Below, one piece after another: positions 1 through 9,798 of a stretch of 64,000 nucleotides of DNA. The stretch spans positions 1-64,000 of the forward strand of contig CAMTVD010000022.1 in NCBI GenBank assembly GCA_947085095.1, read 5' to 3'. The notes under the pieces were generated by a model. It saw only the letters and a list, made by a program, of their open reading frames with translations, was not told where the DNA came from and ran no database searches. Position numbers and translations under genes: made by a program. Origin of the DNA: an uncultured Thermus sp. GTDB taxonomy: Bacteria; Deinococcota; Deinococci; Deinococcales; Thermaceae. Numbering within the stretch: the stretch's first letter is position 1; every line of letters begins with the position of its first letter.

Positions 1-140
1 AGGGTGTGTGGCGGCGGGTGAAGGGGTTTTTGATGCCTCGGCGGCACTACGGGGGGGTTGAGGAGCTTAGGGAGGCGGTGGTTCAGGCCCTCAAGGCCCT
101 GGGGGGTGTGGAGTTGAAAATCTTGGGGGAGGGTACTTAG
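1..140 (+). mobile_element. 3' end of an IS630-family transposase / IS right end (runs off the window)
   Basis: Frame from nt 3 reads GVWRRVKGFLMPRRHYGGVEELREAVVQALKALGG...EGT*, matching the (NPIE)xxWxxxK C-terminus of IS630 DDE transposases; stop TAG at 138-140 overlaps a TA dinucleotide, the IS630 target. Confidence 0.75.
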
Positions 141-142
141 CT

Positions 143-769
143 ATGGTGGGCCTTGGCCTCTTTAGGGAGGTGGGCCTGGGGCGGGTGGGCCTCATGGCCT
201 TGCTTCTCTTTCCCCTTTACGCCCTGGCCCTTTGGCTTTCCTTCCGCTACGCTCGGCGCTTTCCCCGGGAGGAGGCCCAGGAAGAAGCCTACGCCCACAT
301 CCCCCTTCGGCTGGCCTTGGCCCGCTACGGGGTGGGGGCTTTGGTCCTGGTGGCGGCGGCCGCGGTCCTGCCTGTTCTGGCTGACCGCCTGGCCCAGGAG
401 ACCGGCTTGGGGGATGCCTGGGTGGGCACCTTTCTGGTGGCCCTGGTCACCACCCTACCGGAGGCCACGGTGATGATGGCGGCGGCCCGGATGGGAGCCG
501 TGGACCTGGCTGTGGGCAACGTCGTGGGAAGCACCCTTTTCAACACCTTTCTCCTGGGGGTGGGGGATTTCGTCTACCCCATACCCCTCCTGGAGGTGGC
601 GGCCAAGGGGCATGCGGCCACGGTCTTTGTCCTTCAGGCTATGGCTGGGGTGGTCCTGGTGAGCCTCATGTACCGCAGCCTGCGCAAGTTATGGGTCCTC
701 TCCTACGATAACTGGGCGGTGCTTTTTCTCTACTTCTTGGCCATGGCCTATGGGCTTGTCCTGCGGTGA
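143..769 (+). pseudogene. Na+/Ca2+ antiporter family protein, 5'-truncated by the IS
   Basis: Only the second alpha-repeat (LVTTLPE...AVGNVVGSTLFN) is present; ORF begins immediately after the IS end. Confidence 0.7.
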
Positions 770-1194
770 GGCACCAGGAGGATGGGCTTGGGGCTTTTCC
801 GGACCACCTCCTGGGCCACGCTCCCCAGAAGGAGCCGGTCCAGCCCGGTGCGCCCGTGGGTGCCCATGACGATCAGGTCGTGCTTTTCCGCCTCCTTGAG
901 GATGACCTCCGCCGCCCGGCCCTCCAGAAGGTGGGCCTCAAAGAGGACCGTGAGCTCCTCCGCCATCCGGGTGGCCCGGTCCAAAGCGGCCAGGCCCTCC
1001 CGGCGCAGGTCCTCCACCAGTTCCCGGTAGTAGGGCAGGGTCTCGGGGCCCAGGAGGAGCTTGGGCCCTAGGGGCTCCAGGGCATAGAGGAAGGCCACCC
1101 TGGCTTTCAGCGCTTTGGCCAGCCTGAGGCCCTCCTGAAGTCCCGCCTCCGCCGCCTCGCTGCCGTCTGTGGGAAGGAGCAGGCTCTTGTACAT
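748..1194 (-). CDS. Universal stress protein (UspA family)
   Basis: LLPTDGS N-terminus and VMGTHGRTGLDRLLLGSVA motif. Confidence 0.95.
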   Translation of the reverse strand: MYKSLLLPTDGSEAAEAGLQEGLRLAKALKARVAFLYALEPLGPKLLLGPETLPYYRELVEDLRREGLAALDRATRMAEELTVLFEAHLLEGRAAEVILKEAEKHDLIVMGTHGRTGLDRLLLGSVAQEVVRKSPKPILLVPHRRTSP

Positions 1195-1197
1195 TCT

Positions 1198-2928
1198 TCA
1201 CCCCTCTATGACCACCGGCAGGATCATGGGGTCCCGGCCTGTGGCCTTCTTCAGGAACTTTTTCACCGGGTAGTAGATGTCGTCACGGATACGCTCTAAG
1301 GGCTTCTTTTCCCGGATGCCGGCCAGGAGGGCCTCGAGGGCCATCCGCCGCACCTCGCCAAGAAGCTTCTCCCCGGCCTTCACGAAGCCCCGAGAGACCA
1401 CCTCCACCACCGGGTCTTCCCCCGCCAGGGCGGTGATGACCACCAGGCCCTCCTCGGCCATGTGGCGGCGGTCGGCCAGGATCTCCTCGGTGATGTCCCC
1501 CACCCCCAGGCCGTCCACGTAAAGGACCCCGTGGGGCACGGTGCCCACCTTCTCAAAGGTGTGGGGCGTGAGGCGGTAGATGGCCCCGTTTTCCCCGATC
1601 AGGGTCTTCTCCGGGGGGCGGCTCATGCTCTCCGCCAGCCACTTGAAGTTGGTCTGGTGGCGCACCTCCCCGTGCCAGGGCAGGAAGAACCTGGGCGTGG
1701 TGAGGTTCAGGATCAGCTTGAGCTCCTCCTGGGAGGCGTGGCCCGAGGCGTGGACCTTGTAGGTGGGGGGGTAGAGGACGTAGGCCCCCAGGGCGTAGAG
1801 GCGGTTGATGACCCGGTTCACCGCCTCCTCGTTGCCGGGGATGGGGCTGGAGGAGAGGATCACCGTGTCGCCGGGCTTGATGGCCATCCGGGAGTGCCCC
1901 TCAAAGGCCAGCCGGTGGAGGACCGACATGGGCTGGCCCTGGCTTCCCGTGGCCAGGATCAGGACCTGGTGGTCGGGGAGGTCCATGACCTCCTCGAGGG
2001 CGTAGAGGCGGTCCTTCACCTTCAGGTAGCCCAGCTCCATGGCGATGCGGCTGAACTTGGCCATGCTCCGCCCCTCCATGGCCACCTTCCGCCCGTACTT
2101 CTCCGCGGCCCAGATCACCGACTGGATGCGGTGGATGTGGCTGGCGAAGGTGGTCACGAAGACCCTTCCCGGGGCGCGGCCGATCACCCGGTCCAGCTCC
2201 TTGGCGATCTCCATCTCGCTGGGGGTGTAGCCGGGCCTTTCGGCGTTGGTGGAGTCGGCGATGAGGAGCAAGACCCCCTCGGCCCCCGCCTGGGCCACCT
2301 TGGCCAGGTGGGAGACCTTCCCGTCTATGGGGGTGGCGTCCAGCTTGAAGTCCCCGGTGTGGACGATGGTGCCGATGGGGGTGCGGATCACCAGCCCCGA
2401 GTTGTCGGGGATGGAATGGGTCATGCGGAAGAGGTCCAGGGTGAAGTACCGCCCCACCTGGATGCGGTCGTCGGGGGAGATCTCCTTCAGGTTGAAGCTC
2501 CCGGGCCTCAGGCCAAACTCCTCCAGCTTGCCCTTTAAAAGCCCCAGGGTGAGCCTGGCGCCGTAGATGGGCACCTGGCTCTCCTTGCCGAATACCATGG
2601 GCAGGATGAAGGGAAGCCCCCCGATGTGGTCCTCGTGGCCGTGGGTGAGCACCCAGGCCTTGATGCGGTGGCGGTTTTCTATGAGGAAGTCCACCCGGGG
2701 GATGAGGAGGTCCACCCCCGGCATCCCCTCGTCGGGAAAGGCCAGGCCCCCGTCCAGGACGAAGATCTCGTCCCGATAGCGAAAGGCCGTGATGTTCTTG
2801 CCGATCTCCCCCATCCCCCCTAGGGGGATGATTTCCACGCCTTCCCCACTTACCCCTTGGGGTAGGGAAGGTTCCTCCTGCGGCCGCCTGCGCCGCCTTC
2901 TTCTGGGTTTCCGCTCAGGGTTCTCCAT
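1198..2928 (-). CDS. rnj: Ribonuclease J
   Basis: PLGGMGEIGKN, THGHEDHIG metallo-beta-lactamase motif, HASGH. Confidence 0.97.
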   Translation of the reverse strand: MENPERKPRRRRRRRPQEEPSLPQGVSGEGVEIIPLGGMGEIGKNITAFRYRDEIFVLDGGLAFPDEGMPGVDLLIPRVDFLIENRHRIKAWVLTHGHEDHIGGLPFILPMVFGKESQVPIYGARLTLGLLKGKLEEFGLRPGSFNLKEISPDDRIQVGRYFTLDLFRMTHSIPDNSGLVIRTPIGTIVHTGDFKLDATPIDGKVSHLAKVAQAGAEGVLLLIADSTNAERPGYTPSEMEIAKELDRVIGRAPGRVFVTTFASHIHRIQSVIWAAEKYGRKVAMEGRSMAKFSRIAMELGYLKVKDRLYALEEVMDLPDHQVLILATGSQGQPMSVLHRLAFEGHSRMAIKPGDTVILSSSPIPGNEEAVNRVINRLYALGAYVLYPPTYKVHASGHASQEELKLILNLTTPRFFLPWHGEVRHQTNFKWLAESMSRPPEKTLIGENGAIYRLTPHTFEKVGTVPHGVLYVDGLGVGDITEEILADRRHMAEEGLVVITALAGEDPVVEVVSRGFVKAGEKLLGEVRRMALEALLAGIREKKPLERIRDDIYYPVKKFLKKATGRDPMILPVVIEG

Positions 2929-2983
2929 AGACCTCCTTTTTCCCGGGTAGGCCGGGACTGGGTTTGAACCACCCCCCGGGGGG

Positions 2984-5125
2984 TTAGCGCCGCCTCGGGG
3001 GGATCTTGCCTTCCAGCTCGGGGCGGATCAGGTCAATCTTGCCCTTTTCGTCAATGCGGTGGACCTTGACCTTGATCACATCCCCCACCTTGAGGTGGTC
3101 CTCCACCCGTTCCACCCGGCCAGGGGCCACCTGGCTGATGTGGAGAAGCCCCTCGGTGCCCGGGAAGAGGCTGATGAAGGCGCCAAAGGGGGTGATCTTG
3201 GTGACGGTGCCCTCGTAGACCTCCCCCACCTTGGCCTCGCGGGTGAGCTCCTCTATGCGGGCCTTGGCCCTCTCCGCCTTTTCCATGTCGCTGGAGTAGA
3301 TGCGGACCGTCCCGTCCTCCTCAATGTCCACCTCCACCCCAAGCTCCTCCAAGGCCCGCACGTTCTTCCCTCCGGGGCCGATGACCAGGCCGATCTTCTC
3401 CACGGGGACCTTGAGGGCGAGGATGCGGGGAGCAAAGGGCTTGAGGCTTGGGCGGGGGGCGGGCAGGACGCTTTCCATGAGGTCCAGGATCCTAAGCCGG
3501 GCCTCCCGGGCCTGCAGCAGAGCCTCCTTCAGGACCTCCCGGGGGAGGCCGCCCACCTTGTTGTCCATCTGCAGGGCGGTGACCCCCTGGCGGGTTCCCG
3601 CCACCTTGAAGTCCATGTCCCCCAGGGCGTCTTCCAGCCCCAGGATGTCGGTGAGGATCACGGCCTTCTCGTTCTCCCACACCAGGCCCATGGCCACCCC
3701 GGCCACCGGGGCCTTGACGGGCACCCCGGCGTCCATGAGGGCCAGGCTCCCGGCGCAGACCGTGGCCATGGAGCTACTGCCGTTGGACTCCAGGACGTCC
3801 CCCACCACCCGGATGGTGTAGGGGAAGGCTTCCTGGGAGGGGAGGACCGCCCTCAGGGCCCGCTTGGCCAGGTTGCCGTGGCCCACCTCACGGCGGGACA
3901 CCCCTCTGAGGCGCTTGACCTCCCCGGTGGAGAAGGGGGGGAAGTTGTAGTGGACCAGGAAGGGGTCGGTCTCGTCAATGCCCAGGTCGTCAATGATCTG
4001 CTCGTCGCGGCCCGTGCCCAGGGTCACCGTGCCCAGGACCTGGGTCTCCCCCCGGGTGAAGACGGCGGAGCCGTGGGCCCTGGGTAGCACGTCCGCCTCA
4101 ATCCAGATGGGCCTCAGGTCCTTGGGCCCGCGCCCGTCCGCCCGCTTACCCTCCTCCAAGACGAGCCGCCTCAGCTCCCGGCGCACGATCTCGTCAAAGG
4201 CGCTCTCGTAAAGAGGCTTTCTGCTCTCGTCAGGGGCGCCGTCTTCCAGCCTGGGCAGGGCCTCGAGGATAAGGCTCTCGGCAAAGGCCGAAAGGGCCCG
4301 GCTCCTCTCCCCCTTGCTGGCGGTCTGGAGCACCTGGGAGAGCCCCTTTTCCAGGGCCAGGCGGTAGAGGGCTTCCTTCTCCTCCTCCGGGAGGGTTTCC
4401 GGCGGGGTCCAGGCCATCTTGGGCTTGCCCAGCTCCCGGGCCATCCGCTCCTGGAGGTCCAGGATGGGCTGCATCTCCCGGTGGGCGAACTCCAGGGCCT
4501 GGACCAGGGTCTCCTCGTCCACCTCCTGGGCCCCGGCCTCCACCATGAGGATGGCGTCCCGGCTCCCCGCCACCACCAGGTCCAAGGCGCTTTCTTCCAG
4601 CTCTTGAAGCGTGGGGTTCAGGACCAGCTGGCCCCCCAGGAGGCCCACCCGCACCGAGGCCACCGGCCCCTCCCAGGGGATGTCGGAGAGCATGAGGGCG
4701 GCGCTGGCCGCTATGGGCCCCAGGATGTCGGGCGGGTTCTTCTGGTCGGCGGAGAGGACGGTGACGATGACCTGCACCTCGTGGCGGAAGCCCTTGGGGA
4801 AGAGAGGACGGATGGGCCGGTCCGTCATCCGGGCGGAGAGGATGGCCTTCTCCCCGGGACGGCCCTCCCGGCGCATGAAGCTCCCCGGGATCTTGCCCAC
4901 GGCGTAGTGCCTCTCCTCAAACTCCACCGTGAGGGGCAGGAAGTCCGCCTCTATGGGCTCGTCCGAGGCCTGGGCCGTGGCCAGGACCACGGTGTCCCCG
5001 TAGCGCACCAGGACCGAACCCGAGGCCTGCTTGGCGTACTTGCCGGTCTCCAGGACCAGCGTCCTGCCGGCGATCTCCGTCTCGTAGCGGAAACTGGGTG
5101 GGGTGTTGGGTGTGGCTTCTGGCAT
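2984..5125 (-). CDS. pnp: Polyribonucleotide nucleotidyltransferase (PNPase)
   Basis: Two RNase PH domains, [20 protein letters not shown] and S1 domains; ATG chosen at 5125. Confidence 0.98.
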   Translation of the reverse strand: MPEATPNTPPSFRYETEIAGRTLVLETGKYAKQASGSVLVRYGDTVVLATAQASDEPIEADFLPLTVEFEERHYAVGKIPGSFMRREGRPGEKAILSARMTDRPIRPLFPKGFRHEVQVIVTVLSADQKNPPDILGPIAASAALMLSDIPWEGPVASVRVGLLGGQLVLNPTLQELEESALDLVVAGSRDAILMVEAGAQEVDEETLVQALEFAHREMQPILDLQERMARELGKPKMAWTPPETLPEEEKEALYRLALEKGLSQVLQTASKGERSRALSAFAESLILEALPRLEDGAPDESRKPLYESAFDEIVRRELRRLVLEEGKRADGRGPKDLRPIWIEADVLPRAHGSAVFTRGETQVLGTVTLGTGRDEQIIDDLGIDETDPFLVHYNFPPFSTGEVKRLRGVSRREVGHGNLAKRALRAVLPSQEAFPYTIRVVGDVLESNGSSSMATVCAGSLALMDAGVPVKAPVAGVAMGLVWENEKAVILTDILGLEDALGDMDFKVAGTRQGVTALQMDNKVGGLPREVLKEALLQAREARLRILDLMESVLPAPRPSLKPFAPRILALKVPVEKIGLVIGPGGKNVRALEELGVEVDIEEDGTVRIYSSDMEKAERAKARIEELTREAKVGEVYEGTVTKITPFGAFISLFPGTEGLLHISQVAPGRVERVEDHLKVGDVIKVKVHRIDEKGKIDLIRPELEGKIPPRRR

Positions 5126-5183
5126 GGCATCCCTCAAAGGAAAGGCGGAGCCCTAAGGCCCCGCCCCCGACCTAAGCCCCAGT

Positions 5184-5453
5184 TTACTTCCTGAGCCCCA
5201 ACTTCTCAACCAGGGCCTTGTACCTCTCCGAGTCCTCGCGTTCCAGGTAGCGGAGAAGCCTCCGCCGCTTTCCCACCAGCATCAAGAGGCCCCGGTGGGA
5301 GTGGTGGTCGTGCTTGTGCGCCTTGAGGTGCTCGGAAAGGCGGTTGATGCGCAGGGTGAGCAGGGCCACCTGCACTTCGGTGCTCCCCGTGTCCCCGGGG
5401 AAGCGGGCGAACTCCTCCATGACCTTTTGCTTTTCTTCCTTAGTGATGGGCAT
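5184..5453 (-). CDS. rpsO: 30S ribosomal protein S15
   Basis: [10 protein letters not shown]...[14 protein letters not shown]...[10 protein letters not shown], 89 aa; upstream of pnp. Confidence 0.98.
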   Translation of the reverse strand: MPITKEEKQKVMEEFARFPGDTGSTEVQVALLTLRINRLSEHLKAHKHDHHSHRGLLMLVGKRRRLLRYLEREDSERYKALVEKLGLRK

Positions 5454-5549
5454 TTTTCCCTCCGTCAGGGGGGAAGGCGCTACCGCCCCTTCCTCCTCAG
5501 AGGCCCCTTGGGCCTTCCTAAGGATAGGGGGGCCGGTCCTTTTCGTCAA
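5454..5549 (-). promoter_or_regulatory. rpsO promoter (TTGACG-N17-TATCCT) and structured 5' leader, likely S15 autoregulatory site
   Basis: -35 at 5549-5544, -10 at 5526-5521; leader contains helices AGGCCC/GGGCCT and GGAAGG/CCTTCC ahead of the RBS; S15 leader regulation is established in T. thermophilus. Confidence 0.75.
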
Positions 5550-5636
5550 TGGTCGCCCTCCACCGGGCCGATGGCCCCTGGGCTTGCGCCCAGGCCCGCG
5601 AGGAGGAGGGGGAGGAGGCCCAGGAGGTGGGTAGCC

Positions 5637-6134
5637 TCAAGGGCGGAGCCTCCAGAGGAGCCAAAGGAGCAGGGGCTCGGGCAGGACCATGATGAGGGAG
5701 AGGGGGTCCAGGGGGGCGGGGGAGAGGAAGGCGGGGCCCAAGGGGGTGGAGAAGGGCAGGGGAAGGGTGCGGGTGAGGAGGAAGAGGGCGAGGAGGGTCA
5801 GGGATAGCCCCACACCCACCCGCCACACCAGAGGGGCGAAAGGGGGGTCCTGGTCGGGGTACATGAAGCGGAGGACCATAAGTCCCAGGGCGTAGGTGAC
5901 CTTGAGGGCCAGGAGGATGAGGAAGAGCTGCCCGTAGAGGTAGTACTCGGAGACCAGGCCGTAGCGCACGGCCTCCACTTCGGAAACGAACAGAGCGCTC
6001 CCGCAGAGGCCCTGGCCCAGCTTTTCCGAAAGCCCCAGGCCCAGGAACTGGAGGAGGAAGGGCAGGAGGGAAAGGCCTGCGATCCAGGGAAGGCCTTTTC
6101 CAGAAACAAAGCCCACTGGTTCAGTTTCCCGCAA
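5637..6134 (-). CDS. cbaX: Membrane protein, CbaX-like ba3 oxidase assembly factor
   Basis: Hydrophobic ~160 aa ORF directly downstream of cbaA, as in T. thermophilus; start uncertain. Confidence 0.65.
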   Translation of the reverse strand: MRETEPVGFVSGKGLPWIAGLSLLPFLLQFLGLGLSEKLGQGLCGSALFVSEVEAVRYGLVSEYYLYGQLFLILLALKVTYALGLMVLRFMYPDQDPPFAPLVWRVGVGLSLTLLALFLLTRTLPLPFSTPLGPAFLSPAPLDPLSLIMVLPEPLLLWLLWRLRP

Positions 6135-6188
6135 TCCAAGAAAAACCTCAAGGGCCAGGTGTCCCTGGCCCTCGAGGTGCTCACCCCT

Positions 6189-7880
6189 TTACCAGAGCCG
6201 CCAGCCGGGCACCAGGTTCAGGTTGCCGAAAAGCTGCACCAGGGTCGGCCCGTAGGCCAGGACCACCAGGAGGACCGCCAGGGCGAACCAGAACCAGATC
6301 CGGTCCAGAAGCCGCATGGCTGGGGTGTCCCCGCCATCGGAGAGGACCTCGGCGAAGGGCACCTCCGCCGCCGCCACCTCCGCGTGCCGCTCCTTCCTGA
6401 GGAGCAGGGCGAAGAAAGCGTAGAAGAAGAGGATGATGGCCAAGAGGAGGATGATGCCCGCGAGGATGTTAAAGACCATGGGCACCGCGGCGTGGGTATA
6501 GGCGTCGGGGGCCTGGGCGATGTGGGCGCGCCGGGGCACGTTGAGGAGGCCCTGCCAGTGCATTCCCACCGCCATGACCAGCATGCCCACGAACCACAGC
6601 CACACCCCCGCGAGCCCCGCCTTGCGGATGCCCTCGGTGAGGGGCTTGCCCGTGAGCTGGGGCACCAGCCAGAAGACCGCCCCCATCATGGTCATGGTCA
6701 CCAGGGTGCCCACCTGGAGGTGGAGGTGGCCGGGCACCCAGGCGGTGTTGTGGACCACATAGTTCAGGGTGTAGCTGGCGTTCACGATGCCCCCCGCTCC
6801 TCCGGGGATGAAGGCGATGAGGCCCAGCACCGGGGCCACGAAGGCGGGGTTATCCCAGGGCAGGGCGCGAATCCAGCCGAAAAGGCCCTTCCCTCCCCGC
6901 ATCCGCCCGGCCAGCTCCAGGCTGGCGGCCACGGTGAAGGCGGTGATCAGGCTGGGCACGGCCACGAAGAGGGTGAGGACCGCATGGACGAACTTCCAGG
7001 TGGGGGCGATCCCGGGGTCAGCGTACTGGTGGTGGAAGCCCACGGGCACGGAGAAGAGGAGGAAGAGGAGGAAGACCACCCGGGCCAGGGGGTCGGAGAT
7101 GAGCTTGCCCCCCGCCAGCTTGGGCAGGACCAGGTAGAGGATGGCGTAGGCGGGAAGGAGCCAGAAGTAGACGATGGGGTGGCCGGTGTACCAGAAGAGG
7201 GTCCGGGCCAGGAGGGGGTCCACCCCCTGGGTAAGGCCCAGGGACCAGGGGATGAGCAGGAAGAAGCTTTCCACCACCAGCCCCAAGGAGGCCAGGAGCC
7301 ACATGAGCCAGAAGGTGACCGCCATGTAGGTGGCCAAGGGCGTGATGCGCTCCGGGTGAAGCTTCTTGAAGCGTAGCCACATGCCGATGACCAGGAGGCC
7401 CACCACCAGGCTGGCGGCCACGAAGACCGTGGCCCCCACGTAGAAGGCCCAATGCCCCTTCAAGGGGGGGTAGAAGGTGTAGAGGACGGTGGCCTCGTTG
7501 GCCAAAAGGGGCAGGGCGGCCACCAGGAGGCCCAGGAAGGCCATCCACCAGGCCACCCATCCCCAGGTGAGGTTGGGGCGGACCCCATAGGCCCTAAGCT
7601 CCCTGGCGGGGAGGTAGAACATGACCGCCATGGCCAAAAGCTGGGTGAAGACGATGGCGTTCAAGACCCCGTGCAGGGTGAGGCCCTGGTAGTAGGACTG
7701 GACGAAGGGAAGGAGGCGCTTCAGGAGGGGGTAGGCGTCCACGTTCCCGTAGTTCAGGGCCTGGAAGGGGCCGAAAAGGCTTCCCACCAATAGGGCCACG
7801 AAGCCCAGGACCAGGTAGTAGAGGGTGAGCTTCTTCTCGGGGCTTTCCGCGTAGACTTGGGGAAAAGGCTTCACCGCCAT
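6189..7880 (-). CDS. cbaA: Cytochrome ba3 oxidase subunit I (B-family heme-copper oxidase)
   Basis: LTLHG, GHPIVY, GFHH and PGHLH ligand motifs; C-terminus PGWRLW. Confidence 0.97.
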   Translation of the reverse strand: MAVKPFPQVYAESPEKKLTLYYLVLGFVALLVGSLFGPFQALNYGNVDAYPLLKRLLPFVQSYYQGLTLHGVLNAIVFTQLLAMAVMFYLPARELRAYGVRPNLTWGWVAWWMAFLGLLVAALPLLANEATVLYTFYPPLKGHWAFYVGATVFVAASLVVGLLVIGMWLRFKKLHPERITPLATYMAVTFWLMWLLASLGLVVESFFLLIPWSLGLTQGVDPLLARTLFWYTGHPIVYFWLLPAYAILYLVLPKLAGGKLISDPLARVVFLLFLLFSVPVGFHHQYADPGIAPTWKFVHAVLTLFVAVPSLITAFTVAASLELAGRMRGGKGLFGWIRALPWDNPAFVAPVLGLIAFIPGGAGGIVNASYTLNYVVHNTAWVPGHLHLQVGTLVTMTMMGAVFWLVPQLTGKPLTEGIRKAGLAGVWLWFVGMLVMAVGMHWQGLLNVPRRAHIAQAPDAYTHAAVPMVFNILAGIILLLAIILFFYAFFALLLRKERHAEVAAAEVPFAEVLSDGGDTPAMRLLDRIWFWFALAVLLVVLAYGPTLVQLFGNLNLVPGWRLW

Positions 7881-7881
7881 C

Positions 7882-8394
7882 TTACTCCTCCACCACAATC
7901 TTTCCAAACATCCGGTGGTGCCCTACGCCGCAGTACTGGTTGCAGATGATCCGGTACTCCCCGGCCTTTTGGAAGGTGTAGCGGACGGTGGTTACCTCGC
8001 CGGGCAGGACCTCCACGTTGACGTTGGTGCCCTCAATGTGGAAGCCGTGGATCACGTCGGGGCTGGTGGCCTTGAAGACGATCTCCGCCCCCTTGGGGAC
8101 CACGATGGGGTTGGGCTGGTAGCCGTAGGAGAAGGCCAGGACGTACACGGTGTACTGGTTGGGCCCGGTCTGCACCACCGCCTGGGCGGGATCGGCCCAG
8201 GGGCCCTCGCTGCGGACCGTTTTGGGGTCCACCCGCTCCAGCTGGCCCACGGGGATCACCCCCCGGAGGCCGTGGTTGGCCAGGGTGAAGGCGATGATGG
8301 CGGTGAAGAGGAGAACGGTGAAGACGGAGAAGGCGATCCACTTCTTCTCGTAAGCCAGAAGGGCTTTTTTGAGTTGGGCTTCCCGTTCGGTCAT
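7882..8394 (-). CDS. cbaB: Cytochrome ba3 oxidase subunit II (CuA)
   Basis: DVIHGF and CNQYCGVGHHRM CuA motif; one N-terminal TM helix. Confidence 0.97.
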   Translation of the reverse strand: MTEREAQLKKALLAYEKKWIAFSVFTVLLFTAIIAFTLANHGLRGVIPVGQLERVDPKTVRSEGPWADPAQAVVQTGPNQYTVYVLAFSYGYQPNPIVVPKGAEIVFKATSPDVIHGFHIEGTNVNVEVLPGEVTTVRYTFQKAGEYRIICNQYCGVGHHRMFGKIVVEE

Positions 8395-8396
8395 GG

Positions 8397-8501
8397 TTAC
8401 CCCCTAGCCAGGAAAACGGCCAGTACCCCGAACCAGAAGACGAGGATCACGAAGGCCAGAATCGCCACCACGCCTAAGGCGCCTACCGGTTTTTCCTCCA
8501 T
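8397..8501 (-). CDS. cbaD: Cytochrome ba3 oxidase subunit IIa (34 aa, absent from the ORF track)
   Basis: Manual translation MEEKPVGALGVVAILAFVILVFWFGVLAVFLARG*, with GGAGG upstream. Confidence 0.92.
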   Translation of the reverse strand: MEEKPVGALGVVAILAFVILVFWFGVLAVFLARG

Positions 8502-8697
8502 ACCCTTCCTCCCTTACGGCTGGTTGCCGTATACGCGCCCCATGCTAGCGAAGGACCCGGAAAAGTGAAAAGTACATTTGTCCCTTGGCAAAGGAGTCGT
8601 GCCGGGGGGCCGTCACCTGTGGGTGGCTGCAGCAATACCCCTATTGGGTAAAGGTATGGGCCCCCCTAGGTATAAGGGGGGCAGAGGCCCGAAACCG

Positions 8698-9288
8698 TTA
8701 AGCGTGGCTCCCCACCCGGGCCAGGACCAGCCGGCTCACCTCTTTCAAGGTCTCAAACACCCCTTTGCCCTCGGTGGCCACCGCCTCAAACACGGGGAAG
8801 CGCCCCTCGGGGTCCACCACCGTCCGGACCATATCCACGGGTAGGGCCTCGGGCAGGTCCCGCTTGTTCACCTGGAGCACCACGGGGAGGTCCTCCACCT
8901 TGAGGCCGTATTCCGCCAGGTTCTCCCGCATGTTGCGCATGCTCTCGGCGTTGGCCCGGAGGCGGTTAGGGGCGGAGTCCGCCACGAAGACGATCCCATC
9001 CACTCCCCGGAGGATGAGCTTGCGGCTGGCGTTATAAAAGACCTGGCCGGGGACGGTGTAGAGGTGGAAGCGGGTCTTAAAGCCCTTCACCTCGCCCAGG
9101 TCCAGGGGCAGGAAGTCAAAGAAGAGGGTGCGCTCGTCCTCGGTGGCCAAGGAGACCATCTCCCCTTTGCGCCCCTCGGGGATTCTTCCATAAATCCATT
9201 TCAGATTAGTGGTCTTTCCCGAGAGCCCAGGGCCGTAGTAGACGATCTTGAAGTTGATCTCGCGGTTGGCAAAGTTGATGGTGCTCAT
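8698..9288 (-). CDS. mglA: Small GTPase MglA
   Basis: [29 protein letters not shown]. Confidence 0.97.
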   Translation of the reverse strand: MSTINFANREINFKIVYYGPGLSGKTTNLKWIYGRIPEGRKGEMVSLATEDERTLFFDFLPLDLGEVKGFKTRFHLYTVPGQVFYNASRKLILRGVDGIVFVADSAPNRLRANAESMRNMRENLAEYGLKVEDLPVVLQVNKRDLPEALPVDMVRTVVDPEGRFPVFEAVATEGKGVFETLKEVSRLVLARVGSHA

Positions 9289-9289
9289 G

Positions 9290-9781
9290 CTAGTTGCCGA
9301 AGAGCTCGTCCAGAAGGGCCTTGGCGCCTTCGCGGTACTCGGTGTCCAGGCTCAGCCTGGGAGGATTCGCCAAGGCCTCCTCGGCGATTTTGGCCAGGGC
9401 CTCCGCCACCCGTTTGCCGTAGAGCTTCACCTTGCCCAGGGGAGCGTTTTCGTCAAAAACCAAGAGGAGAAGGGCGTGCTCCCCCGCCTCGTCCACATAG
9501 AGGCCCATCCTCTCCCCCTGGTGGACCAGCTCCTGGAAGCGGACCTCCCCCAGGAGCTTGGCCAGGGCCTGGGTGGCGGCGGCGTTGCCGGCGACCAGGG
9601 TGGCCAGGGAGTCCAGGGGCGGGGGCTTGGGGGCCCAGAGGGCCTCCTTGTGGGCCAGGACGAAGCCTTTGCGGTCTATGAGGAGGGCGTAACGGGCACC
9701 GGTTTCCCGGAGGGTGTCCTCCAGAAGCCCCAGCGCCCGCTCGTAAAGGGCCCCGTAGAGGACCAGGGAGGGTTCCACCAT
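9290..9781 (-). CDS. mglB: MglB roadblock/LC7 GTPase-activating protein
   Basis: Roadblock fold ([21 protein letters not shown]); adjacent to mglA. Confidence 0.93.
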   Translation of the reverse strand: MVEPSLVLYGALYERALGLLEDTLRETGARYALLIDRKGFVLAHKEALWAPKPPPLDSLATLVAGNAAATQALAKLLGEVRFQELVHQGERMGLYVDEAGEHALLLLVFDENAPLGKVKLYGKRVAEALAKIAEEALANPPRLSLDTEYREGAKALLDELFGN

Positions 9782-9798
9782 AGTATGCTCAGTCTACC

